Notes under the pieces: generated by a model
What the model was told of the DNA's origin: nothing
What the model saw: the letters and a program-made list of their open reading frames with translations, nothing else
The model's database searches: none
Assembly (NCBI GenBank): GCA_963755915.1
Contig: CAVWLP010000002.1
Coordinates: 1,536,001 to 1,600,000 of the forward strand
Reading direction: 5' to 3'
Source: an uncultured Phycisphaerales bacterium
Lineage (GTDB): Bacteria; Planctomycetota; Phycisphaerae; Tepidisphaerales; Tepidisphaeraceae
Length of the DNA stretch: 64,000 nt
Shown here: positions 11,679 through 23,036 of the stretch, piece after piece
Numbering within the stretch: position 1 is the first letter of the stretch
How the letters are laid out: each line of letters begins with the position of its first letter
Position numbers and translations under genes: made by a program

Positions 11679-12969
11679 TCTTCTCCGGCAGGATATGGGC
11701 GTCTTGCGTCGAGAACCTGCCCGGCGGACGCTGCGCGTGCAGAGCGATCGCACGCATCTTCTGATCGAACAGCCGGACCGTGCGCCCGTCCCACCGCGCC
11801 CAGACCCGCTGGCCCAAAAACTCCGGCGGGACCGAATAGTACGCCCCCTTGATCTCCACGTGCCCGTCGCGGTGAACACTGCGCAACGCCTCGGTGAAAA
11901 GATCGAATCGCACCGGCGGCAGAGCCAACAGTGCCGGCTTCTCTACCTGCTCGAAGACTTCCTTCACCTGCCGCCGCGTCGTGCCGTGGATGCGCGTGTC
12001 GGCCACGCTCTTCTCCCACGTCAGCAGATGCGCGTTCTGATCCGAGAGCGAGGCGAATTGCCGGCCTTTGAGAGCATTGCTCTTCACATAGCCGATGCCC
12101 CGCTCGATCTTCCCCTTGTGCCGCGGCGTGTACGGCTTGGTGGGCAGAATGGCGATTCCATAATGTTCGGCGAACGACCGGACCTTGGGACACAACTCCG
12201 CCTCGAACCAGTCCGCCCGCGTCACCGCCGCGCGAAGATTGTCGATCACCAGCGCTGACGGCATCCCGCCGAAGTGCGTAAAGGCATTTTCCAGACAACG
12301 CAGAAAATCATCGGTCGTCTGCCGCTCCACCGCCTCGGCGTACCCCTTGCGGCTGTGGCTCAGCACAATGCGGAAGACCCAGGTTGCTTTGCGTTTGCCG
12401 TCAGGACCGACCAGGGCGCACCCCGGCCGAAGTCCACCTGCACCTCGGCTCCCGGCTCGCATTCCATCCGGCGAAAGGGCGCCGGCGCGGCAGCCGAGAG
12501 CTTCTTGATGAACCGGCGCACGCTGTAATAGCTGCCGGCATAGCCGTGATCGCTGGAGATGTCTTGATAAATCCGCTGGGCCGTCAGCCCGGCTTCCAAC
12601 TTCTGAACAATGACCTCACGCCAGGGCGATGCCGTACTGACCGACCCGATGGGCGCACCGGATAACCCGGTGGGCGCGCTCTCCGAGCCGCCTGCGGCGA
12701 GCACCGTCGAGCCGCCTGCGGCGAGCACCGTCGAGCCGCCTGCGGCGAGCACCGTCGAGCCGCCTGCGGCGAGCACCGTCGAGCCGAGGGGCGCGCTGGC
12801 CGGTTTTGAATCCGATCCGGGCGCCGCAGGATCGCCGCCCGACAACCGGATGTGGCGTCCAACGGTCTCCCGGTGAACGCCGAGTTGGCGGGCGATGTTC
12901 CGATTGGACCAGCCGCTGCGCAAGTGCCAAAATTGCTTGTACTTCCGCCATCTTGAGTTGATTGGCCAT
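11679..12969 (-). pseudogene. istA: 5' part of outer istA (frameshifts at ~12918 and ~12416; interrupted by the inner IS)
   Basis: MANQLKMAEV, HTH NIARQLGVHRETV, QVDFG, DNLRA, KGKIERG, RIHGTT. Confidence 0.9.
12685..12786. repeat. 24-bp tandem repeat, 4 copies plus a partial (GAGCCGCCTGCGGCGAGCACCGTC), encoding GGSTVLAA in the IstA linker
   Basis: Perfect tandem copies read directly from the sequence. Confidence 0.95.
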
Positions 12970-13093
12970 CCCACCATTGGCTTGCGGCAACCGCCGAAAG
13001 CCAAGGTCGATAACCCAATCTCCTGTGCCTCAAAATGGCCGGTTTTGGCGCGCCCTCAATTGGCCGGTTTTGCGCGCCCATGACACCGGAGCC

Positions 13094-13543
13094 CTTCTGC
13101 GCGGCAACGACTACATGAGTTTCGGCTCCAACCCACTCTATTCCCAGTCGCCTGACCATGATGGCGACCCCACCGTTGCCACCTTCTCGGCGCTTGAAGT
13201 ACCCACCTACGTCTATTACTCCACCGCAGCTGCCGGAAGCACGAGTTCGAATTTCCCCATTCAACTCTGGGATGACGGCCCGTCGTCGCTGTCCTGGAGT
13301 GTGAATGTATCAAGCATCGTATACCCGTCGGGCCCCAGCGGCTGGCTTTCCATATACACCGGCGACAGCTACACCGACTCCGGCACCATTGGTGGTGAAG
13401 ACGACAACACCCAAAGTACCGACAACACCTTCCAACTTGTCGCCGACGCCAGTGATCTATCCGCCGGAACCTATTGGGCCATTGTGACGATTACAGCCGG
13501 AAGTCAGACCAAGGCAATCACGGTTTGGTTCACCGTCACTTGA
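13094..13543 (+). pseudogene. 3' remainder of the large surface protein (BACON/Ig-like C-terminal domain)
   Basis: In frame with ...LAISGA once the IS and one TSD copy are removed (LAISGA|LLRGNDY). Contains LSWSVN..WLSI..SDLSAGTYWAIVTITA. Confidence 0.85.
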
Positions 13544-13837
13544 GGTTCAAGCGGCGCTGCCAGTACTTTTCCCAACTTCTCAACAAAGAGAATGTCCGTG
13601 CGCAAGCAAGTTCATGAAAAATTGAACACTCTCACCCCAATTTTACACTAGCCGACCCTAAACGCGCACATAAATAACTATCAACGCTGGACCTATACAG
13701 CACATATAAACTATCAAAGACTAACAAAACTCAAAAAAGTGTTCAGTTTTGTTCAGTTCTGTTCAGTCCCAATCCCCACTTTTTGATTGGCCAATCCCCA
13801 AAACACGTAGAATAATCCTCTCATGCGGAGGAGCGAG

Positions 13838-15037
13838 ATGTTCGAATCCCCCCAACTCTTTGAGCCTCTCGAACCCCGCCGCCTCTTCTCCAACTTCTCC
13901 CCCGCCCAGATCGAAACCGCCTACGGCTTCAGTGGCATCACCTTCGACAATGGCGCCATCACCGCCAACGGCGCCGGCCAGACCATCGCTCTCATCGAAA
14001 CCGACAACGACACCTCCATCAGCTCCGACCTCGCCACATTCGATACCATCTTCCAAATCCCCGCCCCCCCAACCCTCACCATCGAAGGCGAATCCGGCCC
14101 CACCCTCCCCTCCACCACCGCGGCCGGCTCCTCTCTCTACGAAACCGCCCTCGACGTCGAATGGGCACACGCTCTTGCCCCCGCTGCCAATATCCTTGTC
14201 GTCGAAGCCAACTCCGGCTCCGACGCCGACCTCGGCGCCGCCGTCCAGCAAGCCACCTCTAACCTTTCCACCACCGTCGTCTCTACCAGCTACACGCGCC
14301 CCGAGCTCTCCTACGACTATTATTCAGCACCAGCCACTTATTCCACCCCCGAGGGCCACACCGGCATCACCTTCGTCGCCGCCGCCGGCGACGCCGCCGA
14401 AACCATGCACCCCGCCGCCTATCCCGGCGTCGTCGGCGTCGGTGGAACCTCCCTCACCCTCAACTCCAACAACACCTACAACAGCGAAACCGTCTGGAGC
14501 GACACCGGTGGCGGACCCAGCACCGTCTTCTCCGAACCCGCCTATCAGGAAGGCGTCCAACAGTCCGGTTGGCGCGAAACCCCCGACGTCGCCTTCGACG
14601 CCGACCCCAACACAGGCCTCGACGTCGTCGCCGGTGGCAGCGGCTATATCGTCGGTGGCACCAGCGCCGGCGCTCCCGCCTGGGCCGCTCTCTTCGCCCT
14701 CGCCGACCAGGGGCGCGAGCTCAACCAACTCGGCACCCTCGATAGCCTCTCCCAAACCCTCCCCATGCTCTACGCCCTCGCCAATACGCCCTTCTACAAC
14801 CAGGCCTTTAACGACATCACCACCGGCTCCAACGGCGTCTATTCCGCCGGCCCCGGATACGACCAGGTCACCGGCCTCGGCTCCCCACAGGCCGGCTTCC
14901 TCGTCCAATACCTCGCCGGAAACATCTCCCTCCCCGAACCCGCCACCGCTGCCATCATTCTCGGCGCCGGTGTTCTGCTCTTGAAACGCCCTCGCAACAA
15001 ACGTGAAAATTCCAGCCAATCCCCGCGATTCCTATAA
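13838..15037 (+). CDS. S53 (sedolisin-like) serine peptidase with N-terminal LEPR-xLL motif and C-terminal PEP-CTERM
   Basis: ETALDVE, AAGD, PDVAFDAD, GGTSAGAP, GYDQVTGLGSP; FEPLEPRRLFS; LPEP followed by a hydrophobic stretch and KRPR; RBS GGAGGAG. Confidence 0.85.
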   Translation: MFESPQLFEPLEPRRLFSNFSPAQIETAYGFSGITFDNGAITANGAGQTIALIETDNDTSISSDLATFDTIFQIPAPPTLTIEGESGPTLPSTTAAGSSLYETALDVEWAHALAPAANILVVEANSGSDADLGAAVQQATSNLSTTVVSTSYTRPELSYDYYSAPATYSTPEGHTGITFVAAAGDAAETMHPAAYPGVVGVGGTSLTLNSNNTYNSETVWSDTGGGPSTVFSEPAYQEGVQQSGWRETPDVAFDADPNTGLDVVAGGSGYIVGGTSAGAPAWAALFALADQGRELNQLGTLDSLSQTLPMLYALANTPFYNQAFNDITTGSNGVYSAGPGYDQVTGLGSPQAGFLVQYLAGNISLPEPATAAIILGAGVLLLKRPRNKRENSSQSPRFL

Positions 15038-15046
15038 TCCCCCCGC

Positions 15047-16797
15047 ATGTCCGACCGTCTCGGCGATCTCCTTAAATCAGCGGCCGCCCTTCGAGCTAAG
15101 GGTGACCTCGCCGCCGCCCAGGACGCCTACCGTTCGATCGTGCGCGAGTTCCCACAGAACTCCGAAGCCCTCTTTATGCTCGGCCTCGTGACCGCCCTGC
15201 GAAAGCAGTTTCACGCTGCCGCCGGTTTCTTGCAGCACGCGATAGACCTTAACCCCGCCAACTCCAATTATTTCCTCTGCCTCGCCCGCGTCTGGTCCGC
15301 TCTGCAATGCGACCGCCTCGCCGCCGATATGCTCGCCCGCGCCGAAAATCTCGACCGCGCAAACCCAGGCCTCGCCCTGGAAGTGGCCCTTGCCCACTGG
15401 AAGGCGGGCGACCCCGATGCCGCCGCCCATTACGCGCGCATCGCCTCACGCCTGAATCCGCGCTCCGATGTCCCCCAGGCCCTGCTTGGCCTCGCGCTGG
15501 CCGAGCAGGGCGATCCTCAGGCGCATGTGCCGCCTACCGCGAGGCGCTACGCATCAACCCCACCCGGCTCGACATGGATGAAAACCTCATCTACTCGATG
15601 CAGCTCAACGACGTTGAAGATCACCGGGCCATCAATGCCGCCCTTCGCGAATGGAACCGCCGCTGGGTCGCCCCGCTCAAGAGCCGCATCAAGCCCCTGC
15701 CTCCGCGCGATTCCGATCGCAAAAAACTGCGCATCGGCTGGGTTTCCCCCGATTTCCGCAACCATAGCGTCGGCCGCTGCATGCTCCCAGTGCTCCAGGC
15801 TTTCGATCGCGACCGTTTCGAAAACTATCTCTACTCCGTTGTCGAAGTACGGGACAAGACGACCGACGCCTTTGAGAAAACTGCCGACGCCTGGCGCGAC
15901 ATTTCACAGACCAACGATGAGCCGGCCGCCGAGTTGATCCGCTCGGACCGGCTCGATGTTCTCGTCGATCTCGCCGTCCATACCTATCGCAATCGCCTGC
16001 TTGTCTTCGCCCTCAAGCCCGCGCCCGTGCAGGTGACCTATCTCGGTTACGCCGGCAGCACCGGTCTGGACGCCATCGACTACCGAATCTCCAACCCCCG
16101 ACTCGACCCACCCGGCGCCGATCTTTCTGATTATTCCGAAAAAACCCTCATGCTCCCGGGCAGCTATCTCTGTTATCGCCCGCACTCCACAGGCGCTCCA
16201 ATCGCCGAGCCACCCGCGCTGAAAAATGGCTTCATTACCTTTGGCTGCCTCAACGGCCCTTCCAAGCTCACCCCGGGTTCTCTGCGCCTCTGGGAACAAC
16301 TCCTGGCCTGCGTCCCCGGCTCGCGACTCATCCTTCACGTTCAGTCGCGGATCTATCAGGAAAAAATCCGCGCTCAATTTGCGGATGCCAATATCGCGCC
16401 CGACCGCCTCGAAATCGTCCCGCGCCAGGAATGGGACGGCTACATCCAAACCTTCAACCGCATCGACATCGCCCTCAACACCCTCGGCCACGGCGCCGGC
16501 ATTACCGCCTGCGACGCGCTCTGGATGGGCGTCCCCATCGTCACCACCATCGGCGACACCGCCGTCCGGCGCATGTGCTTCAGCATGGTCCATGACGCCG
16601 GCCACCCTGAGTGGGCCGCCAAAACCCGCGAGGATTACCTCCGCGTCGCCCAATCTCTTGCTGCCGATCTTCCCCGCCTCACTCAAATTCGCGCCAGCCT
16701 TCGGCAAGAAATCGAATCTTCCCCTCTAATGGACGCGACTGCCCTCGCGCGAAATCTTGAAAAAATCTTAACAGAAGTGTCGCTCGCCGCGCGATAG
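15047..16797 (+). CDS. TPR + GT41 O-GlcNAc-transferase (SPINDLY-like) protein, frameshift at ~15521
   Basis: N-terminal TPRs; LRIGWVSPDFRNHSV, KPAPVQVTYLGY, ITACDALWMGVP. Confidence 0.85.
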
Positions 16798-16840
16798 TTC
16801 TGCCGCCAACCTGCGTCTACATATAATCGTTCCCCGACCC

Positions 16841-18627
16841 ATGTCCCAGGCAGTCGGCGACCAACTTCTCTCCGCCGCTTCCCTTCACCAGAAGGGAGAG
16901 ATCGACAGCGCCGAAGCCATCTACCGCTCCATCCACGAAGAATTTCCCACCAACGCCGAGGCGCTGCACATGCTCGGCATCGTTGCCTATCAGCGCCAGA
17001 ATCACCACGACGCCCTGGGTCTCATCCAGCACGCAATCTACCTCAACCCCGCGAATGTCGAATACCACGCCAATCTCGCGCGGGTCTGGCTGGCGCTGGG
17101 CCGTCCTCATGCCGCTGCCGAGGCCCTGAAAGGCGCCCTCCGCGCCGATCCCAAAAATGCCGCCATTGCGCTCGACATCGCTCGCATTCTCTGGGAGCCG
17201 CGCGATGTTGACGCCACCGAACACTACGCCCGCCTCGCCATCTCCCTCGATCCCAAGCGTCCTTACGCCCACGTGATCCTCGCCGGCGCCTCGGCCACCA
17301 GGGTCAGCACGACGCCTCCGTCGCCTCCTTTCGCCAGGCCCTCCGCCTGCGCCCCGACTGGCCCACCATCCGCTCGCGCCTCATTTACTCTCTCGAGCGC
17401 CAGGAAGTCCCCGACCGGCTCGCCATCAGCGTTGAAATGTGGGAATTCAACCGCCTGCACGTCCTGCCCCTCAAACGCCTCATCAAGCCGCAGGTCCCAC
17501 AAAATCTCAATCGCGATCTCAACCGCGATCCCTGCCGCAAAAAACTCCGCATTGGCTGGGTCTCCCCCGATTTCCGCAGCCACGTCGTCGGTCGTTGTAT
17601 CCTCCCTGTCTTTCAGGCCTTCAACCGCGACAAATTCGAGAATTACTGCTACGCCTCCGCCTCCCAATCCGACGACCTGACCACCCAGATCCGCCAGTCC
17701 GTCGACGCCTGGCGCGACATCGCCGATCTCGACGACGATGCCGCCGCGCGAACCGTCCGCGAAGATGCTCCCGACATCCTCGTCGATCTCGCCCTCCACA
17801 GCAGTTGGGGACGCCCTCTCCTCTTCGCACGCAAGCCCGCACCCATCCAGGTCGCCTACCTCGGCTACCCAGGCAGCACCGGCATCGAGACCGTCGACTA
17901 CCGAATCTCCAACCCCCGACTCGACCCGCCAGGCGCGGACCTCATGGTCTACTGCGAAAAAACCGTCATGCTCACCGGCTCCTACCTCTGCTATCGCCCC
18001 GAACAAAACCTCGGCGACGTCAATCCCCTTCCCGCCCTCACCACCGGCCGCTTCACCTTCGGCTGCCTCTCCAACCCAACCAAGATCTCCAACCGCGCCC
18101 TCCGCCTCTGGGCCCAAATCCTGCGGGCAATCCCCGCTTCACGCATGATCCTCTTCGTCACCTCCGAAGTCTTCCGCAATCGAATCCTCCAGCAATTCGA
18201 CCACGACGGAATCACCCCCGATCGCATCCGTTTCCTCACCCTCCGAGGCTGGCCCAAATACATCGAAACCTACAACCACATCGACCTGGTCCTCGATTCT
18301 TTCCCCAACTGCTCCGGCGTCACGGCTTGCGATGCCATGTGGATGGGCGTCCCTATCGTCACCCTCAAGGGCGACTTCGCCATCCAGCGAATGTGCTCCA
18401 GCATCCTCCACGACGTCGGCCTCCCCGACCTCGCCGCCGATTCTCCCGAACAGTATCTCCAGATCGCCTCTTCCCTCGCCGCCGATCTCCCCCGCCTTTC
18501 AAATTTGCGCTCCACGCTGCGCGCCCGCCTCGAATCCTCCCGCGTCATGGACGCCCCCGCCCTCGCCCGCGATCTCGAAAGAATCTTCCTGCAAATCTCC
18601 CCCCAAGTCTCCCCCGTTTCAATCTGA
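16841..18627 (+). CDS. Second TPR + GT41 glycosyltransferase paralog, frameshift at ~17290
   Basis: Same motifs as the previous gene (LRIGWVSPDFRSHVV, KPAPIQVAYLGY, DAMWMGVP); tandem paralog. Confidence 0.85.
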
Positions 18628-18907
18628 AATCTGAAATCGGCTGCTCGATTTAACAAAGATTTGCCTAAGATCGGCAACTCCCCTCCGCGACCGCCTCCCA
18701 CCCCCCATTCCCCCAAAAGTCGCACCAGTGTCGATAAAATTTTTCCCTATCCCCACCATGGAAATTCACCCCATGTGAAGATAGGGAATTTATCGTAACG
18801 CCATTAAGCATAATAACTAACGCATGCCGGTTCGATCTGGGGGCGATTCCATCCTCCGGTTAGCGCAACTTTTACATCGACTACCCTGGATTCCTCCCTT
18901 TTTTTTG

Positions 18908-19105
18908 TTGCGTTTCACCAGCCTCGATGTAAACTTCCCCCTGAATTGTCTCCACCACTACTGTAGTGGTGTAGCCGCTTGAGGGTTTTTAGGAAGGTTG
19001 AAAAGGCATAACTCGACCATCCTAAAATCATCCCCCCAGGAGGCGGGAGAAATAAGTAAAGTGGGAGCTCAATAAGGTTCCCAGGGCACACCTAATTCGC
19101 GAGGT
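18908..19105 (+). promoter_or_regulatory. Putative sigma70 promoter (TTGCGT-N16-TAAACT) and structured 5' leader of the PEP-CTERM gene
   Basis: -35/-10-like hexamers at 18908-18935. Palindrome CACCACTAC-T-GTAGTGGTG at 18953-18971 and further stems downstream. Confidence 0.45.
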
Positions 19106-19111
19106 AGAGAT

Positions 19112-20647
19112 ATGCAATCAGCCAAGAATCGCATGAAGGTTTTGTCTGCTCTGTCGATGGCTGCGGCCGCGGCATTCGCAGCCAAATCGGCTAACGCGGC
19201 ATCGCTTAGCTTGTATTACGGAGACACGGCCGGGACGCTTCCTGGGTCGAGTAACAGCAACGCGACCGGCGACGGAATCTGGGTGGGGAACTCCACTGGA
19301 TCCACGTCAACCCACCCCACCCAATTTAAGACCGCCAAGGGCAATCTGCAGGGCTTTCCAGTTCAAATCATCCCGAATCAGACGGGCCCGACGACAATTG
19401 CTGTGCCAGAAGGCGAATACCTTTCGATCTCGATCAACGCCCTGCTCACGGGCGACACCAACGGCGACGGCGGTCTTAAAGAGGTGACCACCAAGGGAGG
19501 CACCATCACTGAGCCTAGCAACCTCGGTCTATCATCCCTCGGAATTCGAATCCCGGTTTCGGCCAACGATGCGAACGGCAAGATCCTCCAGCCCGTCAAC
19601 CTTGGTCCTTCCTACACGACCTTCAATAGCGTGCCTGGCTTTAACAGCTACGCGATCGTGAACACCGTTACGTCGACCCCGGGCGGGCCGGCCGCACCTG
19701 TGTGGGCTGGCGGAATCACTCCGGGTGACGTTGAGGCGAGTAGCGGCAGCGTCGGTGCCAATAACCAGATCTTCGGCGGAAATAAGACGCCGGCGTCGAC
19801 CGCCACCGAGGGATCCGAACTCCAACAGTTTGCGGCGAGCAGTGCCGCATATGGCAATTCGACTGAATTCTTCCAAGGCTTGGTTTATCAGGCCGGCACT
19901 ACCTCGGGAGTGGTAACATTGTCGCCATTTGCCGACTCAACCGCGACCCAATACTGGACGGTTCTGACCCCGGCTTCGGGTGCAAAGAAGGGTGTTGATC
20001 AGACCCCCACCACCTACCAGCCATCGTATTTCGGCACCGCTGATACGATTGGGACGTTGCCGGTCCTCGTCATCGACGTGGTTGGTACTAGTACCGGGAC
20101 TGGGTCCTCGTCCCACGCAATTCTGTCCCTGACCTCCGCCGCTCCAACGGCCTATGGAACCTCTTCCGGGACGCTGGCCGTGAACGGCAGCAACGGCAAG
20201 TACACCCTCTCCCAGATCACCGGCCTCTCCGACGTTACCAACTACGTCGAAGCGACCGGTTGGAACCCGGCGACCGACGAAGAAATTTACGGCTTGGATG
20301 TTCTGGTCAATGGCCAGCAGGCCAACGGCACCCAGCTCGCCGCCCTCATCAACGCTATCAATGGCGATAGCTCGGGTGATGGGGCTTCGGCCGGTGTCAC
20401 GGCCAGCACCACGCCAGATGTTGGTGGCTTCCCCAGCACTTACAATCTGTTCCTGACGTATGCTGGTGGCGCTCCGCTCGCGCTTTCGCCGGATTACCTC
20501 GGTGTTGACCTCAGTTCGACCAACGACTCGAACCTGGTCGGCTACAGCTTCTCCGAAGTTGCCGCCGTCCCCGAGCCGATGACCATCGGCCTCCTGGCCG
20601 TCGGTGGCGTGGGCCTCATGGCCCGACGCAACCGTCGCAAAGCCTGA
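19112..20647 (+). CDS. Secreted Ser/Thr-rich PEP-CTERM surface protein
   Basis: Signal peptide ending ANA; C-terminus VPEPMTIGLLAVGGVGLMARRNRRKA. Confidence 0.9.
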   Translation: MQSAKNRMKVLSALSMAAAAAFAAKSANAASLSLYYGDTAGTLPGSSNSNATGDGIWVGNSTGSTSTHPTQFKTAKGNLQGFPVQIIPNQTGPTTIAVPEGEYLSISINALLTGDTNGDGGLKEVTTKGGTITEPSNLGLSSLGIRIPVSANDANGKILQPVNLGPSYTTFNSVPGFNSYAIVNTVTSTPGGPAAPVWAGGITPGDVEASSGSVGANNQIFGGNKTPASTATEGSELQQFAASSAAYGNSTEFFQGLVYQAGTTSGVVTLSPFADSTATQYWTVLTPASGAKKGVDQTPTTYQPSYFGTADTIGTLPVLVIDVVGTSTGTGSSSHAILSLTSAAPTAYGTSSGTLAVNGSNGKYTLSQITGLSDVTNYVEATGWNPATDEEIYGLDVLVNGQQANGTQLAALINAINGDSSGDGASAGVTASTTPDVGGFPSTYNLFLTYAGGAPLALSPDYLGVDLSSTNDSNLVGYSFSEVAAVPEPMTIGLLAVGGVGLMARRNRRKA

Positions 20648-20679
20648 ATCTTCGCGAATTAGGTATCCCTAGCAGCTTC

Positions 20680-20711
20680 ACCGGCTGGACCCCAAGTCCA
20701 GCCGGTTTTTT
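20680..20711 (+). terminator. Rho-independent terminator
   Basis: ACCGGCTGGAC-CCCAA-GTCCAGCCGGT followed by a T run. Confidence 0.85.
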
Positions 20712-20925
20712 ATTGCGCATCGCGACCCCTAATGGTCCCCGCGAATTTGCCTCCATCGATTCAAAAACTTGCCGCCCAGATAAGCCCCAAGATGCCACGT
20801 CGCGCTACCCTCCCCTCATCCACCCAAAAATCCACCGGAGACCGAACCATAGCGAACAAAACCCCTTCAAGATCACCAACCACGGCGCCGGCCATTCTAT
20901 TGCCCGCGTGATTCTGCCCCATAGA

Positions 20926-23024
20926 ATGAACAACATGGCGAATAATGAAATTGAACAAGCTCTTCAGACGGCTCTCGTCGAGCACCAGCGGGGGAATTTC
21001 AAGAAAGCCGAGGGCGGCTACAATGCGGTTCTGGCCCTCGATCCGAACAATGCCAGCGCCCTGCACCTGTCTGGTGTCCTGGCTATCCAAATAGGCAAGC
21101 CGGGGGAGGCGTTGCATTTGATTCAACAAGCGATCGCCATCAAGCCGGACGCGGCGGAATTCCATGGTAGCCTTGGCGGCGCTCTGCTAGACCTCGGAAA
21201 GCAGGATGAAGCGATCGGTGCCTGGCGGACCGCGATCTCGCTGAATCCGAAGCTTATCGACGCTCATCTGAATCTCGCGAATACACTCTGGGAAACGGGG
21301 AAATACGAAGAAGCGATAGCGGCGAACCATAAAGCTTTGGAGCTCGACCCACGCTCCATGGCAGGGCTTAACAATCTCGGCAACGCCCTGAGGGCTCAGG
21401 GGAAAATCGACGACGCAATCATCGCCTACCGCCGAGCGATCCTCGCAGCGGGCGGGTTGGACCTCATGCAGGACCAAAGCCTGAGGCCCGGGCAGCGCGG
21501 CGCACCCCAGCCCAAACAAGACGTGGGAACAGCCAAGGTGCCGCTTCATCTGGCGGGGGATTTCGCGACGGCGTGCTACAATTTAGGCGAATGTCACTGC
21601 TCGGCATCGCGATACGAAGAGTCGCTGGCTTGTTATCGCACGGCGATTCAGGCAAACCCAAAATTTCTCAAAGCCTATACCGCCCTGGCGATCGCGCACG
21701 CACAGTTGCAGCAATTTGACCAGGCCATGGCCAGCTACGCCAAAGCGGCAGCCCTGGACCCAAACTCCGCGCTAACACATGAGTGCCTTGGCGAGATTAA
21801 GCTGCATAATCAGAAGGCGGAAGAAGCCACAGAGAGCTTCCGTCGGGCCGTGGAGGCAGACCCCAATAGCCCCACCGCGTGGGGGCGCCTGGGCCGCGCC
21901 CTAGAATCTCTCGGAAGGTTTGAAGAGGCGGACGGGTGCCTCCGAAAGGAAATCGAGATTCGGCCGGTGGTGGCTCGCGCTCCGCAGGTGGCGGCCGGTT
22001 CCGACGCGCCCGAAACCGACAAAGACGAGTTGGATCGCCTCATGCAGTTTAGCGCGATCGAACCTCACCTTGGAGGAACGAATTTGGGTGGAATTCGGCC
22101 TTGGGAGAATTCACGACGAGTCCGAGAGCTATGAGGAGGCCTTCCGTCACTACGCGGAGGGAAAGGCCCTCGTGAAACGGCAACGGGAATTGGCGGGGGA
22201 GTGGTATGACCACGATAGGTTTCGGGCGGGGGTCGATCGAATGATCGATACCTTCACACTCGAGTTTTTCGCGGCCCGCCGAGACTGGGGTGACCCGTCG
22301 GAGCGGCCCGTGTTTGTGGTCGGAATGCCGCGCTCGGGCACCACCCTGGTACACCAAATAGCCGCCAGCCATTCACAGGTGCACGGCGCCGGGGAATTAA
22401 ACCTATTGCAGCAAATCGAGGGGCAGTTCGGTGGAGACCAGGAGAAACTGACCGTGGCGCGATGGGGCCAGGCAACAGTAAAACAGGCGGCACGAGCTTA
22501 CCTCACGCATCTTGGCGGGATAAACACCACCGCCCTGCGCGTCGTTGATAAGATGCCGGGCAATGCGGTTCGACTGGCGCAAATTGGCGTATTACTTCCG
22601 CACGCTCGCGTGATCATCTGCCGCCGGGACCCCCGCGACACCTGTCTCTCCTGTTTTTTTCAGTGGTTCACCCAGGGGCTGAATTGGTCACTGGACCTCG
22701 CGGATTGTGGGCGCTACCACGTCGAGATCGATCGATTGATAGCGCACTGGATCAAGGTGCAGCCCGTCGCGATCATGGAAATGCAGTATGAAGCGTTGGT
22801 AAACGATCTGGAAGGCCAAAGCCGCCGGCTGATCGAGTTTCTCGGTTTGCCTTGGGAGCCCGCCTGCCTGGAATTCTACCGCGCCAGACCGCGGTCCTCA
22901 CCGCCAGCATCCGGCAGGTCCGCAAACCGATCTACCAGAAATCAGTCGGCCGCTGGAAACATTACGAAAAGCATTTGGGGCCGCTCTTTGAAGCATCGGC
23001 GGCCAATACGCCAAGGCGAAATAA
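20926..23024 (+). CDS. TPR-repeat sulfotransferase (frameshifts at ~22050 and ~22885; 3' end inferred)
   Basis: Many TPRs, then [47 protein letters not shown]. Confidence 0.85.
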
Positions 23025-23036
23025 GCCCGGCTGCAA

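Larger units (their letters stand above)
7480..13085 (-). mobile_element. Outer IS21-family element carrying a second IS21 inside istA
   Basis: Ends are TGTCAC.../...TGACA, with repeated CAAAACC(G/A)GCCA boxes at both ends. An 8-bp target duplication CCGGAGCC lies at 7472-7479 and 13086-13093. Confidence 0.95.

Noticed and set aside
9550-12420. Both istA genes shift frame at the same codon (after QVDFGxGAP), suggesting programmed frameshifting
   Set aside because: There is no slippery heptamer, and both sites are next to GCGC like most other indels here. A systematic sequencing error is simpler.
12685-12786. Possible CRISPR array
   Set aside because: Contiguous in-frame repeats with no spacers, and no cas genes in the window.
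13749-18653. Long Pro/Arg-rich alternative ORFs (e.g. 13749..14984, 17439..18653) and antisense ORFs
   Set aside because: Shadow frames caused by strong C-ending codon bias in the real genes.
18953-18971. Palindrome as an NrdR box
   Set aside because: Poor fit to the consensus, single copy, and no nucleotide-reduction gene nearby. It fits better as an RNA hairpin.
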